Both the position numbers and the translations under genes were made by a program. From assembly GCF_009914755.1 (NCBI RefSeq), contig NC_060939.1: a stretch of DNA of 64,000 nucleotides. One strand, 5' to 3'. How positions within the stretch are numbered: the first letter of the stretch is position 1; every line of letters starts with the position of its first letter. The stretch comes from the human T2T-CHM13v2.0 reference genome, Homo sapiens. Of the stretch, positions 1 to 13,964 are shown in pieces. Below the pieces are notes generated by a model. The model saw only the letters and a program-made list of their open reading frames with translations, had not been told where the DNA came from and ran no database searches.

Positions 1-133
1 GTATGTAATAAACTTACAGTGCATTGTTGTTAGAAGCATATAAAGTTAATGTGTTGGCAGCCTGTTACCTTGTAGGGAAACTTAAAATTATAAAAATATT
101 TTATTTCACCTCTATTTCACTTTTCCCCCAAAT

Positions 134-614
134 TTATTTATTTTTTTAGAATGACATAGAATTTTATGTATTTATTGTGTATAACATGATGTTTTAAAGT
201 ACACATACATTGTGAAATGGTTAAATCTAGTTCATTAACAAATGTACTGCCTCACAGTTATTTTTGGTTTTTTCGTGGTAAGAACACTTACTGGCAGTAT
301 CCCCTGCCAGAGCTAATCTCTCTCCTCAGTGTCCCCACGCCAAGCCTAATCTTCTGTGTCCCCTCCCACCCAGCACAGTGCGCTCCTAGCATTTTTTAAC
401 AATATCATTATTACTATAGTCACCTTGCTGTATAACAGAGCTCTTGAACTTATTCCTCCTGTCTAACTGTATGTATTCTTTGACAAACATCTCTCCAACC
501 ACCCTTCCCCATACCCTTCCCAGCCTCTAGTTACCTCCTTCCTACCCTCTGCCTCTATGAGATCAATATTTTTAGATTACACATATGACTGAGATCGTGC
601 AGTTTTTGTCTTTC
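134..614 (-). mobile_element. L1MA-type 3' UTR fragment (L1MA5-7-like), interrupted by a foreign insert at 291-386
   Basis: T-rich tail followed by 'acatgatgtttt...cattgtgaaatggttaaatctag' and 'actatagtcaccttgctgtataacagagctcttgaacttattcctcct', which resemble recalled L1MA 3' ends. Confidence 0.8.
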
Positions 615-1380
615 ACTTCTGATGTTCTTTATATCTTTGTGTAGACCCAAGTTTCTAATCCACATCACCTACCTTTCACCTGAAAAACCTCCTTAACTTT
701 CTTGTAGAATATGCCTGGGTGCAATGAATTCCCTGTGTTTGTTTGTCTGATAATATCTTCATTTCTCCATAACTTTTTAAAGCAACCTTACTGAGATAAA
801 TTTACATACCATAAAGTTCACCCATTCAAAATGTACAATAGTTTTTGGTATATTGATAGAGTTTTGCAATCATCTCCATAATGTAATTTTCAAACATGTT
901 CATTCCAAAATGTCCCAAAAGAAACAATGCAAAGTAACTCCCATCATCCCTGCCTTTGGCTCCCCCAACCAGTCACTGGCAACAACATATTTATTTTCCT
1001 CTATGGACTAGCCTGTTCTAACTATTGCATATAAATTAGATCATAAGACAAGTGGTATCTTATAATTAGCTTCTTTTACTTAGCACATTTTGAGGGTTCA
1101 TCTGAGTTGTAGCAGGTATCAGTACTTACTTCCTTTTTTATTGCCAAGTAATATTCCATTCTAGATATATCACATTTTGTTCATTCAAGAATTAATGGGC
1201 ATTTGGTTTGTTACCACTTTTTGACTACTATGAATAATGCTGCTACAAATATTCATGTTTAGATTTTTGTGTTGACATTTGTTTTTGTTTCTCTTGGGTG
1301 GATATTTAGAGGATAGAAATTGTCAGTTTATATGGTACCTGTAGAGTCAACATTTTCAAGAACTACAAAAGGATTCTCAA

Positions 1381-1703
<323 letters not shown>

Positions 1704-2310
1704 TTACATTGCCATCCCCAATGTATAAGAACTTCAATTTCTCCACATCCTCATCAGCACTTATTATTGTCTGTTTTATTTTACCTATCTTAGTGAGTGC
1801 AAAATGGTATCTCACTGTGGTTTGACATTCCCTTCTCTAATTAATAATGTGATATTGAATGTCTTTTTATTTGCATGTTAGCCATTCATATTTTTTTGGA
1901 GAAATAACTATTCAAATTTCTTACCCATTTGTTATATGGGCTATTTGTCTTTCCTTTATTGAACTGTAAGCATTTTTCATATAAATTTTTCATAAAAATC
2001 CCTTTATGGATATATGATTGGCATACATTTTCCCCCGATTTGTGTGTTTTCTTTTTCTTTTATGCCCTTTACAGCACAAACTTTTTTAAAAAGTTTAAAA
2101 TTTTGGAACTTACCTATAATTTCAGAAGTCCAACTTATCTATATTCCCTTTTATTAGCTGTGTTTAGGGATTATATCTAGGAAATCATTTTTAAAAGCAA
2201 GATATTGAAGATTTATTCCTGTATTTTTTCCAAAAATTTTAAAGCTTCACTTTTACATTTAGGCCTATGATCCACTTTGTGCTAATTTTGGTATATGGTA
2301 TGAAGTAGGG

Positions 2311-2972
2311 ATTACAAAGGACCATGAACAGCCAAAGCGATCTTGGGCAACAAGAACAAAGCTGTAAGCATCACAATACTTAATTTCACATTACAAAGCT
2401 GTAAGTAATCAAAACAGCATGGTACTGGCATGAAAAAAGACACATGAACCAATGGACTAAGATAGAAAGCCCAAAAATAAACTCACACATTTATGGTCAG
2501 TTGATTTTCAACAAAGGTGCTAAGAACACACGATGGGGAAGGGACAGTCTCTTTAATAAATGGTGTTGGGAAAACTAGATATTCACAAGCAGAATAATGA
2601 AATATGACCTTTATCTCACATCACAAACAAGAATAAACTCAAAGTGAGTTAAAGACTTACATTTAAGACCTAAAACTGTAAAACCACTGAAATAAAACAT
2701 AGGGGAAAAGCTCCATGACATTGGTTTGGGCAATTATTTTTTGGCTATGACCCCAAAAGCACAGACAACAAAAGTGAAAATCAGACAAATTGGATTAAGT
2801 TGAACTATAAAGCTTCTGCCCGGTGAAGAAAACAATCAAAGTGACAACCTACAGAACAGGAGAATATATTAGGACATCAGACATCTGATAAAGGGCTAAA
2901 ACCCAATATGTAATAGATAAAAGGCTAATATCCAATATGTAAAAGAAACCCCAGCAACTCAATAACAAGACA
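2311..2972 (+). mobile_element. Internal L1 ORF2 fragment without 3' UTR or poly(A)
   Basis: Sense ORF2 motifs 'aatcaaaacagcatggtactggcat', 'aataaatggtgttgggaaaact', 'aagcttctgc'. Confidence 0.85.
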
Positions 2973-3224
2973 ACTGATTGTTCTACATGAGGATACCCAG
3001 TTGTCCCAAAAACATTTCTTGAAAAGACTATTCTTTCCACACCGAATTGTCTTGGCTCCTTTGTTGAAAATTAAATAAGTATAAATGTAAGGGTTTATTT
3101 CTGGACTCTGAATTCTATTTGTTTGATGTATCTATCTGTCTTTATACCAATGCCACACTATCTTTGTTACTGCATCTTTGTAGTAAATTTTGAAATTGAT
3201 AAGTATGAGCCTACCTACTTCCTT

Positions 3225-3622
3225 CTTCCCATCATAGCCTGAACTACTTTTTCAGGTTAACTTTGGAATGCCCTTGGCAAAGAAGAGGGGTCCATTCAGA
3301 TGACTGGACGCATGTGACCAAGGTGGTTGGGCACATGGCAAGGTGGTCTTGATACATGTGCCCAAGGTGGTCGGGGCACATGTGCAATCCCAGCTGTGAT
3401 CCCAGTATAGCCTCCTGAGTAGCTGGGACTATAGGCACATGCCACCATGAGGGGCCGTAGAATTTTATTTCTGGTTTACACTCAGGTAATTTTTGTATTT
3501 TTAACACCGACGGGGTTTTGCCTTGTTATCCAGAATGGTCTTGAACTCCTGACCTCAGGTGATCCACCCGCCTTGGCCTCCCAAAGTGCTAGAATTATAG
3601 GCATGAGCCACTGTGCCTGGCC
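3225..3622 (-). mobile_element. Interleaved MER4-LTR / AluS mosaic
   Basis: MER4-like pieces at 3225-3306, 3311-3380 and 3450-3480 alternate with Alu pieces at 3409-3449 and 3481-3622. Confidence 0.85.
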
Positions 3623-4358
3623 TGATTCATGTATTGTTTTTGACAATGTCCTGCAGTATGAATTGTTCCAAAGTCTGATCCGATTGAACCCAGGCTCCTT
3701 GGCAAGGGCAAAGAATTAGCCTCTCTGGGGCAGCATCTCTGCACTGTGGTGCAGAACCTAGGTGGAGGAAGGATTTTGCTTTCTTCCATCTACCTCACAC
3801 AGATCCTCTGTGTGGCAGGAGCTGTGTGTGGCAGAGGCACTGGTGCTGTAACCCAACTGCTGCCACGTCACCCACTATGGGTCTTTCACAACCTGGTCAG
3901 AGGAGATGAGATGGGCTGATGTCCACTGGCTGCCACCTCTGCCTGGAGCAGAGCTTCCGCCTTAGGAAGCTGGGAGAGATGGGAGGTGTGACTAACAGCC
4001 ATGCCTGCTGAAGTGGCTGTCCTGCCACACAGATGTGTGAGGGACGCAAGGGCTGTACTCTTTGCCAGCTGCCCCTCCCAAATCCTCCCTACAGAGCAGG
4101 AGTTGGACGTGGGCAAATAGGCAGCACCCAGCTGCTGGTGTTCATGTGATATGGGCCTTACTTTGCATGGAGCTGTGAAAAATGGTATTTCTCATGTTCA
4201 AGGGCTGGCAAGACCACCTAAAGTAGCTCTTCCACCTCCAGGAGCTGGGGAGATGACAACAGCTGCTCATGTGCTGAGGATTCACAGTTGCTCCATGAGG
4301 CAGAGTTGAGGGAAATGGGTTTAATTCCTCCCCCATATGGCATAGCCTCCCACATTTC

Positions 4359-5554
4359 TGTCATCTAAAAGACCATCAGGATGGCTAAATGGTAGAAAGG
4401 AGAGCTTGATTGGTGATGTTTATGGAGAGTCAAACTCTGTAAAATATTTGAAGAGATGTACTCTAAGCCAAAAAATGGATGACCTCAGGAGAACTTGAGA
4501 ACATGTGCCCAAGGTGGTCAGGCACAGCCTAGTTTTATACATTTTAGGGAGACATGAGACATCAATCAAATACCTGTAAGATTTACATTGGTTCGATCTG
4601 GAAGGATGGGACAACTCAAAGCAAGCAGGGTTCCAGGTCATAGAAAGAAATGTCTGGATTATGATAAGGGGTTGTGGAGAACAAGGTTTTATCATGCAGA
4701 TGAAGCCTTTAAGTAGCAGGCTTCAAAGGTAATAGATTGTAAATGCTGGTTGAATTTTCCTGAATTCCAAAAGGGAGGATGGTATAATGAGATATGTTCA
4801 AACCTGCTTCCCATCATGGCCTGAACTACTCTTTCAGGTTAACTTTGCAATGCCCTCGGCCAAAAGGAGAGGTCCTTTCAGATAACTGAGAGGCCTTAGA
4901 ATGTTATTTCTGGTTTACAGTGTTATCAGTTTGGAAACTGCATCTCAAGCATGGACCACAGGTGCTCTCTCTTTGAAGAAGGGGAAGGACAGGTTGGGTT
5001 TTTTACCTCACAGGTCCTGAATCACACAATAGAGAGAGACAAACGTCTTCAGGAGGTTTGGGGAAAAGCTGTACCTATTCCCGAGGGGAGCCAAGCACAT
5101 TCACAATGGGTAAACATATATGTAACATACGTCCCATGCTCACTTTGGGGTGGGTGTTAGCATTAAAGTGAGGTGGAATTTGGGTCTTTATTTCAAAAGG
5201 GGTGAACTATAGACACAAAGACAGTTTGTATGCAGTCTCTAGAAGCTGCTGAAACTGGCTTAAGATCTGCAGTCGCTTATCAGGAAAGAGCATCAGTGAG
5301 GCCAGTCCTCTGTCCATTCAGAGCTGCAGTGACCTGGGTTGTAAATCAGGGTTAAGAGGGATCTGATCATTTGCCTGCTAGCTCCCATTCTTAGAGAATT
5401 TAACAAAAGTGTGGGTTTCTTGTAGCCATAGGAATTTAGGAAGATGCCATGCCAGCCAAGCTGAACCCTCCAGCCATCATTAACTTTTGTTTCCTTAACC
5501 TTAGTGTCCATCATGGTTGATGAAGGGGAGTCTGTTTTGGTCTCTCAGATCACA
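4359..5554 (-). mobile_element. ERV1 solo LTR (MER72/LTR39-like), interrupted by MER4
   Basis: TG...CA termini; the reverse complement starts TGTGATCTGAGAGACCAAAA; flanks TTTC/GTTC resemble a 4-bp TSD; homologous to 29691-30283. Confidence 0.8.
4417..4919 (-). mobile_element. MER4-family ERV1 solo LTR nested in the previous LTR
   Basis: The reverse complement starts TGTAAACCAGAAATAACATTCTAAG like MER4; TSD GTGA/GTGT; the host LTR resumes after it. Confidence 0.88.
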
Positions 5555-6372
5555 GTTCTTACTGAGTTTCCATAGGTTTCATTGAATAAATGGTTCTCAG
5601 CTTGCTATATATAGTTGTCAATTAGTTATAATCCCTTGATTAGACCCCCAATGATGTTGAATGATGTATATGCTAATCTTACCAACTTAATATATGTTTC
5701 TCCTTGGGAGAAGTTTCCCTGAGCCCCGCATACCATAATTGTTGACTGCATTTTGTCTTTATTATGATTTCCTTATGGCACCTTTTAATAGAGTAAGATT
5801 AATAAAAGCCAGAAGCATTTGCAATAACATTTTTAATGTTACTATATAAAGCCTTTATCTCATCCATCTGGGCCATTGCTTCTGGCATTTACTTTCCTAA
5901 ATTGTTACAATTTCCCCCAATCCAACACACAAACCCACATCAACTCCTGATATTTGTAAGCCCTTGTGTTGTATTCCCTGTGTAATTTGAATCTTCTCCT
6001 GCTCCAGCTGTGTCTTGTCTCTACTTGGGGTACAATTAATAGCAGAGCCAGTCATGTCCTACCAGCATTCCTTTTATACAGGCTGGATATATGTGTGAGT
6101 ATAACCAACTTTTTATTTCATTTTATTTTGCACAGTGCAGCACTGAGACCTTAGAATTTTTCTGCTAATAACTCTCAAGACTTCTTTGCACAGCTACTTT
6201 TAAGATAGTTAACCTATAATTTTTTATCTTTACTATGTTATTATTTTTGATAGGATTTAGCATGACTCCCAAAATATATTTTACACTGGCCAAAAAGAAA
6301 AAAAAACCCTCTAAATTGTTTAAGGACAAACGTATTTCTAAAAATTTATTTTTCAATTGTTACATTTCTCAG

Positions 6373-6826
6373 TGTATTCATTTGCTGGGGCTGCTGTACC
6401 AAAGTACCACAGACTGGGTGACTCAAACAACAGAACCGCATTGTCTTACAGTCCAGATGCCCAAGATGAAGCCATCCACAGGGTGGTGGTGCCTTCTCAA
6501 AACAATGAGAGGGACTCTATTTCATGCCTTTCTATTTCTGGTGGTTTGCTGGTGATCTTTGGCATACTTGGTTTGCAAAGGCATCATTCCCATTGTTGCC
6601 TTTATCTTCATATGGTGTTCTCCCCTGTGTGGTATCTGTGTCCAAATCATTTCTTCTTAAAAGAACACCAGTCATGTTGGATTAGGGGCCCAGCCTACTC
6701 CAGCATGGCCTCATCTTAACTAACTATAGTTGCAATGACCCTGTTTCAAAAAAGATCACATTCTGAGGTACTGGGTGTTGGGATGTCAACATATGCATTT
6801 TGAAGGGATAAAATTCAAGCCATAAA
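6373..6826 (-). mobile_element. MLT1 (MLT1C-like) MaLR LTR
   Basis: 'ggctgctgtaccaaagtaccacagactgggtgactcaaacaacagaa' ... 'cacattctgaggtactggg'. Confidence 0.85.
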
Positions 6827-7744
6827 AATCAGCAACTTCATATATATATTTCCCTAACTTACTTTGTTTTATTTTCCAGGTCATTGACTAACAACATCAA
6901 CAATGAAATGAATCTGAGAAAACAGGAAATTGAGAGCAAGAGAAAAAAAAGTTAATTATACTGATTTTGTATAAGACCCCTTTGAACACATTTTTAAAAA
7001 ATCAAATAGAAGGTGCCCAGGTCCACTGTGCCTTGTGAATATTTGTCTTGTATATCCTAGAGATCTACGCATTCATGTGGGAATTGAAAAGGACCCACAT
7101 TTTACTAGAAGCATCGTTCATTTTTGCCTCAAAACAATGCCCACATGTCAGAAGAACTTTCACAATTCACAGGAACAGTGACCTAATTAACCAACCATAA
7201 AATTGCCAAATCCCTACTTCTCATTGTTTAATATGCTTAGAAAACCCATTCAAATTGTGAATTATCAAGTGAGCTTACACTGATAAATAGATCCAATATT
7301 TAGGAATTTTTAAATCTTCCATTCCTTTTTTTTTTTGTCTTTTTAAAAATAGAACATTAGAATATGTCCTCCAGGTTTTAGAGATGGGGGAGACATGCTT
7401 CCCTTTATTTCTCAGTAACTCAGCCAAAAAAAATCTGGAGAGAATGCAAAGACAGCTACTGGAAACTTTGAAAAGTAGATGTGAGCCCATCAGGGAAGAG
7501 CTAGAGAATCTGAAATCTACTCGAAAAAGTGAGTTTGATACTTTGTGTTCCTATCCTAACTCGACACAGCCTGAAACTTGGAAGTGAGCATGATGGAGTG
7601 GATACAGTGAGATGCAGAAGAAATCCTCCAGTTTGGGCTGGAAGGGAAAAAAGAGACCCCTAAAACTCAGAGACAGTGGAAGAAATTCCTGGTGTTTTTT
7701 TCTTCTCTTTTTCTGTTCTTCCACATAGCAATTTAGTATTGACT

Positions 7745-7846
7745 ACAGCATCTCTATTACAATGATAGCACCGAAATGTTGTAACCATATGGCCTGCAAA
7801 GCCAAAAATACTTATCTGACCATCTACAGGAAAAGTTTGCTGATCT
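7745..7846 (+). mobile_element. MER58-like hAT DNA transposon, 3' half
   Basis: 'accatatggcctgcaaagccaaaaatacttatctgaccatctacaggaaaagtttgctgatc'. Confidence 0.65.
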
Positions 7847-8657
7847 GGATGAAATATTCTGATACTAAATATTCCATTTTGTGAGTATACCACAACTTAA
7901 CTTAAAAATCTACCTCTAGTTGGCTATTTAGGCTTTTTGTTTGTCTGTTTTCTGGCATTATAAATTGTGCTGCTATAAGCTGGTTTGTGTGTGTCTCTGG
8001 ATGGATATGAACAGTTTCCTAAGATTGTGTACCCTGAAAAATGCCAAGTCATAGGGTATGGCTGTATTGCAGCTTTTCCAATTTTTAATTTATCTTTTCA
8101 CATTTTCTACAGTAACTTTTGATAAATAAAAGTTCCCTCCATACTCAAGTGAGCACATTCCTGTAACAGATCTGCTGTCGGTTCTCTTTCTCAGGAGAAC
8201 CCTGACTAATATCTATTTATATTCTCATTTTTCACCAAAAATAAACAAGGCTTTGGTGTTCTGAATGGAATTGTTTTGAATTTTAGATTAATTTGGGGAA
8301 AATGGCATCATTAAATATTGATTGTTCTCATTCATAAATATGTGATATGTCTCCAATTATAGCTCTTCTTTTATGCCTTTAACAAGTTTCTTTTTATAAT
8401 TCAGTGAATATGGAGCCTGCATAGCTTTTGGAAGGTTTTGTAGTTTTACTCTGTCTACTAAAAAGCATAAAAAAATTTGTAAGCCTCAATGCAATTAGAA
8501 ATTAAGAATTAAGCTACTAATGGTGCAACTCTGTAAGCACAAGGCATAAAAAACAAGTGTTATGGCCGAGCCACACAGTGAAAGAGGTATGAATCACTGC
8601 AAACACTGGTTGAAGGGAAGCTGTCCTCCAAACAGAAGCATCCATTTTTGTACTTTT

Positions 8658-8965
<308 letters not shown>

Positions 8966-10812
8966 CCATTTTTGTACTTTTAAGGGAGTGAGAAATAAAC
9001 TACTTTTGCTTTTAAGCCGTTATAAAATTTGGCATGAATTTGCCGAGCAACTCAACATTAATCTACTGTCCTTGAATTAATTATAAAAGTTGCAGACAGT
9101 CTTGAACATTTAACAACACAGACACAATTATTCGTGAGGAATTAAAATTGGGAAAAGTTCTAATACTTTTTTTTTGTAGAACATTTTTACCAATTTAAAA
9201 AAGTGATCATTATAGATTAACTTGAAATCACAATGCAGAATTGTGTTATGCCATAGATCACTCAATAATTTGTTGTCACATATATGCTTCTCTGCCAATC
9301 CTAGTAGACTTCACACCTTGTGCTATATTATTAGTCTTCCTTTTATGAGGCAGACAGTACCCATTTCATAAAATATGAAGACTATAGCTTCGGGCCAGAG
9401 GATTTGAATTTTCATACTAGAGGTTATAATATGTGATATCATGAGCTTGTTTTTATTGTCCTAGGAGGCTGATATTCCTAATCTATTCATAAGGATGGCA
9501 TATCTACCCAGTGGGCCTGCTGGGACTCCAGTTACCCGATGCACATACATTGCTTGGTGGTCAGTAAATATTATTTTGCTTTCTTTATTCCTTTGTGGAA
9601 AAATTTCAGGTAGAGAAGAAACCTGAAATAATTTGAAGAACTTTAAAATTTTTTTCACCCACTAATTTATATTCTCATTAGCAAAAAGAACCGAATATTG
9701 GTAGCTCTATACTTTATAATAAAGATGTGGAACTTCTTGATTACTCTTTCCTTCTTCTACGTTGACTCATTCTATCACTATTAATTCACTCAGGAAATGC
9801 TGATTGAGCAGCTCCTTTGTATAGATGTTAATAGCACGGTTCTCGCCATAGGTCACAGAGGTTGGTTTGCTGAGCAACTCTGAGAACCCGTTTTTAAGTT
9901 CCCTGACTCTCCTATTCACTGGAATGGAATGCCTTGCTGTCTGGGCCCTCCTTGCTTCACCTTCCAATGAACTGAAATCATCACACTGATCCTATTGTAG
10001 CGGAGAGTGGTGTGTTAAAACCATAACCATAACCCCGTCTGGAGACCAGCCTCAGCTCTGTCGCTTTCTTATCTCTTCAGATGCAGCAGATAGTTACCTC
10101 TAACTTTTAGTTTGCCTCAGACATTAAGAATAAAATCATATTCAGCATAATTTAGGTGTCATTCTCCACATTCCACTGGTGCTAACAAACATTTTTGTAT
10201 TGTTCCCATGTGTCAACAATAGCAATCTGTGGCTCATTATAAGTGACAGCAAATGTCAACAAGCCTGCCTCCTGGAGATTTGTTTGTAAAGATTCCTTAT
10301 CAGTTGTTGTTATTTATACCCCTGGCTTCTATCGTCATTGATTATTCTATATATTTTCCTCCTTCAAGTGAATGTACAAAGAGACCAAGAAAACCTCAGT
10401 CAAACTTGGAAATTTCCTTTGTAATATTCTTTTTAAAGTTAGTTATGGTAAGTTCCTTATTATCTATCTGTTAAGAATTGGGATGGTGAGCTTGGTTTGA
10501 TTTTCTGGTTAACAAGAATATTAGCCAATCATCAAGAATATAAAAGGAAACACTGGTTAGCAAAGAATTAGAATTACAAAAGCAATGAATTCATACCTAA
10601 GCCCTTGAAGGTTACACTGGTTTTGATTCATAAGGTGCATGCTTCTGGTGTCCAAGTGCAATATTCCAAACATCAATTATCACTGTACATTGGTTTATTA
10701 AATATTTTCTGATTGATTTGCTTTATCTAGATTCTACATAATGCTTTGTACTAAACTATGAATACTTTGCATTTATGGAAAAATGTCCAGCTTGAGATCA
10801 CAGAGCAATTGA

Positions 10813-11239
<427 letters not shown>

Positions 11240-11529
11240 CTATCTCATCTTATTCTATCCCATGTCATCCACTGCCGTTGTACCACCAAACTCTACATTG
11301 TCCTCTCTCAGAATGTCCTCCTGTTCCTTGGAGATAGCACTGTACTGCTGTTACCATAGATGCAACCCTCAGGCTTCATGCCTGCATGGCTTCTGCACCT
11401 GGGTACGTCCTGGAGATCTTTGCAGCCACCTAAACAGACACGGTACCCTCTGTTCCAGCACTCTGTACTTGGTTCTTATCTTGCCGGGTATGTGTTAGTC
11501 TGTGTTTCATCTTTTTATATGTGTGTCGC

Positions 11530-11646
11530 TTCTAGTAAACTCTGAGCTCCTCAGCTTAAAAGTCTTATTTTGTGCAATTTCTTTTAATCACCAGTATTTG
11601 ATACATCACTTGGACACTTAAAGAATAAATGAAATAAATGAATGAA
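11530..11646 (+). mobile_element. L2 3' end fragment
   Basis: 'tgagctcctcag...' ending in a degenerate (aatg)n tail. Confidence 0.55.
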
Positions 11647-12564
11647 GCATTTCTTCCAGCGTACAAAACAACTGAATAAATGAATCAATTATTTCTCACC
11701 TAACAAATAGAAGTGCCAAGGAAGTGGTTAAATGATTTGGTCCTGGTTAACACAGAGCTTGGGATGGCCACCAACTCTCACCTCATCATTCTATCTACTG
11801 ACTAGTTGGCCTTGAATTTGTTAATTTAAACAAATTTGAAGTTTCAATGTTCTTGCAGCAAACTCTAACATACATACTTAATGATTAAAGGCAAGACCTC
11901 AAGGGCAGATTGGAAAACTAAGAACAATGCTAAAAAAAAAAATGACTTGCAGGGTTTTTACTAATTTCCAAAATTAAGTAACAAATCACTGACTTGAAAA
12001 TATTTTTCACAGCAGCAGTGATATCATCTATCTAGGTATGGTTTAAAACACAAATCTCAATTTTTCCTTTCCTTTAGCTGAAATAATAAATAAGATAGAT
12101 TTTGCTATGATTAGGAAGGAAAGATATCAGTGCCTAGATTATCCCATATAAAGGAGTTCACTCACTTTTAAGATGCAATCTATTTTTGCCTTAAATGTCT
12201 TCTGCAAACAGCCTTGCCACTTCAGTGCTTGCGAGTTGATGTATGTGTCAAGAGAACTGAGCCAGGTCCCGGCTGTGCCGCAAATCATTCACGTGGTGCA
12301 GATGGACACACGTTCTGTTAGTCAAATAAGCATATTAGATTCAATGACTATGAAACTCTCCTTCCAGGTCAAATAGCCTGTTATTTGTGCATTCCAGTAT
12401 GATCATTGCCATTTATTTAAAGTATTTCTACCTATACAGATATTAGTTACTAGTGACTCAAGTACACGTTAGAATTAATTGTTTAAAAGAGCAAATAAAC
12501 CTCTCACCGCAATGGCAATTAAAGACACCCAGTCCTGCTGTGTGCTTCCTCCATTTGCTTCTAG

Positions 12565-12636
12565 TGGCAGTTTCGTGTGCATTTTTGGTGATGATGCTCC
12601 ACGGAACATCTGCAGATGTGCTGTCAATTTGGACAG
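12565..12636 (+). other. Candidate 72-nt exon
   Basis: Acceptor tgcttcctccatttgcttctAG and donor CAG|GTAAGA; no transcript evidence available. Confidence 0.25.
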
Positions 12637-13964
12637 GTAAGATGGCTTTAGTAATTCAAGATGTCACAACAACTCCTTGCCAGTTAATCTCAAGTGAAAA
12701 ATAGGACAAGGATCTGGGACCAACAGAAAGATTCATCTGCTTTGCAAATTGACTTAGTCAGGATACCCCTTTTGTAAAGACGACTTTGGTTTAGTGAACA
12801 GCTCTCATTATGTTTATAAACAGGGGAATTTTTAAAAATCTATCATTATACCTGAGAAAAAGCAGATGAGAGATTTTATTGTAATACTATTTCATTAATT
12901 TTCTAAATTGAGATGGAAAAAAACTAATTTTGACTTTATATTAACTGGAGAGTTTTTCATTATTGATGACTGCTCTTTAAAGATATTTTACATATGGTAT
13001 TTTAAACACAGCTGAGTGCTTTTATTATCTAGTTGAGAGAGTTGGATTTTTTTCCTAATGTAGTTTTCAAAATATTGTCATTGACCCTGAACAACATTAA
13101 GAGTGGATAAGGGTAGAGAATAATGATAAAGATGAAGTATACAAGTCACTGAATTCTATTTTGAAAATGTTGATATTTTTATTTTCCAAAAAGTTATTAC
13201 TCACACTAACATACCCATTACCTTGTCCTTTACTGCCAACATCACTCTTGGTTTTATGTTAGGCCCTTAAGGAAAATATTTTTTTCTAACAACTCATATC
13301 ATGTAAAGATCTGTAGCAGTGCTAGGTAGAATTGGGAATATCATAAGATCTAGAGATGACAGTAAAATGTATATTAGGTTCAGCTATGAAGCAGTTTATT
13401 TTTTCATAAATTATTTACAATCTAATTTTAGGCATATAAACAAAACGGGAAGTCCGTTAAGGTAGTCCTCTTTAAGGCTGTGTACCTGCCGTGAAATTGC
13501 TGCCTCTATTTACACCATTTTCAGAGGACCACTTGTATAATTACCATCTAACCCAGTGCATATGCTGCACATAAAACAACTGGTCTCAGTCATTTATTTC
13601 CAGATTATGTTTGAGTAAAGAAAAAAAATGATTCGGATTGAACAGCGTAATTTCAAAACTCATTTTTCTGTCTCTAAATGTGTACTATGCTCTTAGAAGC
13701 TCACATATTTGCCACCATTAAATATGACCAGGGCTCTAAAGTCCTCTCAGCTGCCCCAGTGGAACTAGGGTACCTGTGTCTGACCATGTTGACCCTCGGG
13801 AGGGACAGCGCTCATCTGATTGAATGCGCTTATTAAGTTGCCCAATAGGCAGCCACTAAGAAAAGTTGACACTTAAAACCACTATGCCATGGTTGTGGTG
13901 GAGAGAGAAATCTAAGAGACTCGAGGTGCATGACACCTCCAGTCCCTTCAGCCCCACCCCATAG

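Noticed and set aside
13400-13740. Possible MARNA/mariner remnant
   Set aside because: Only a short motif resemblance (tttgccaccatt); too weak to call
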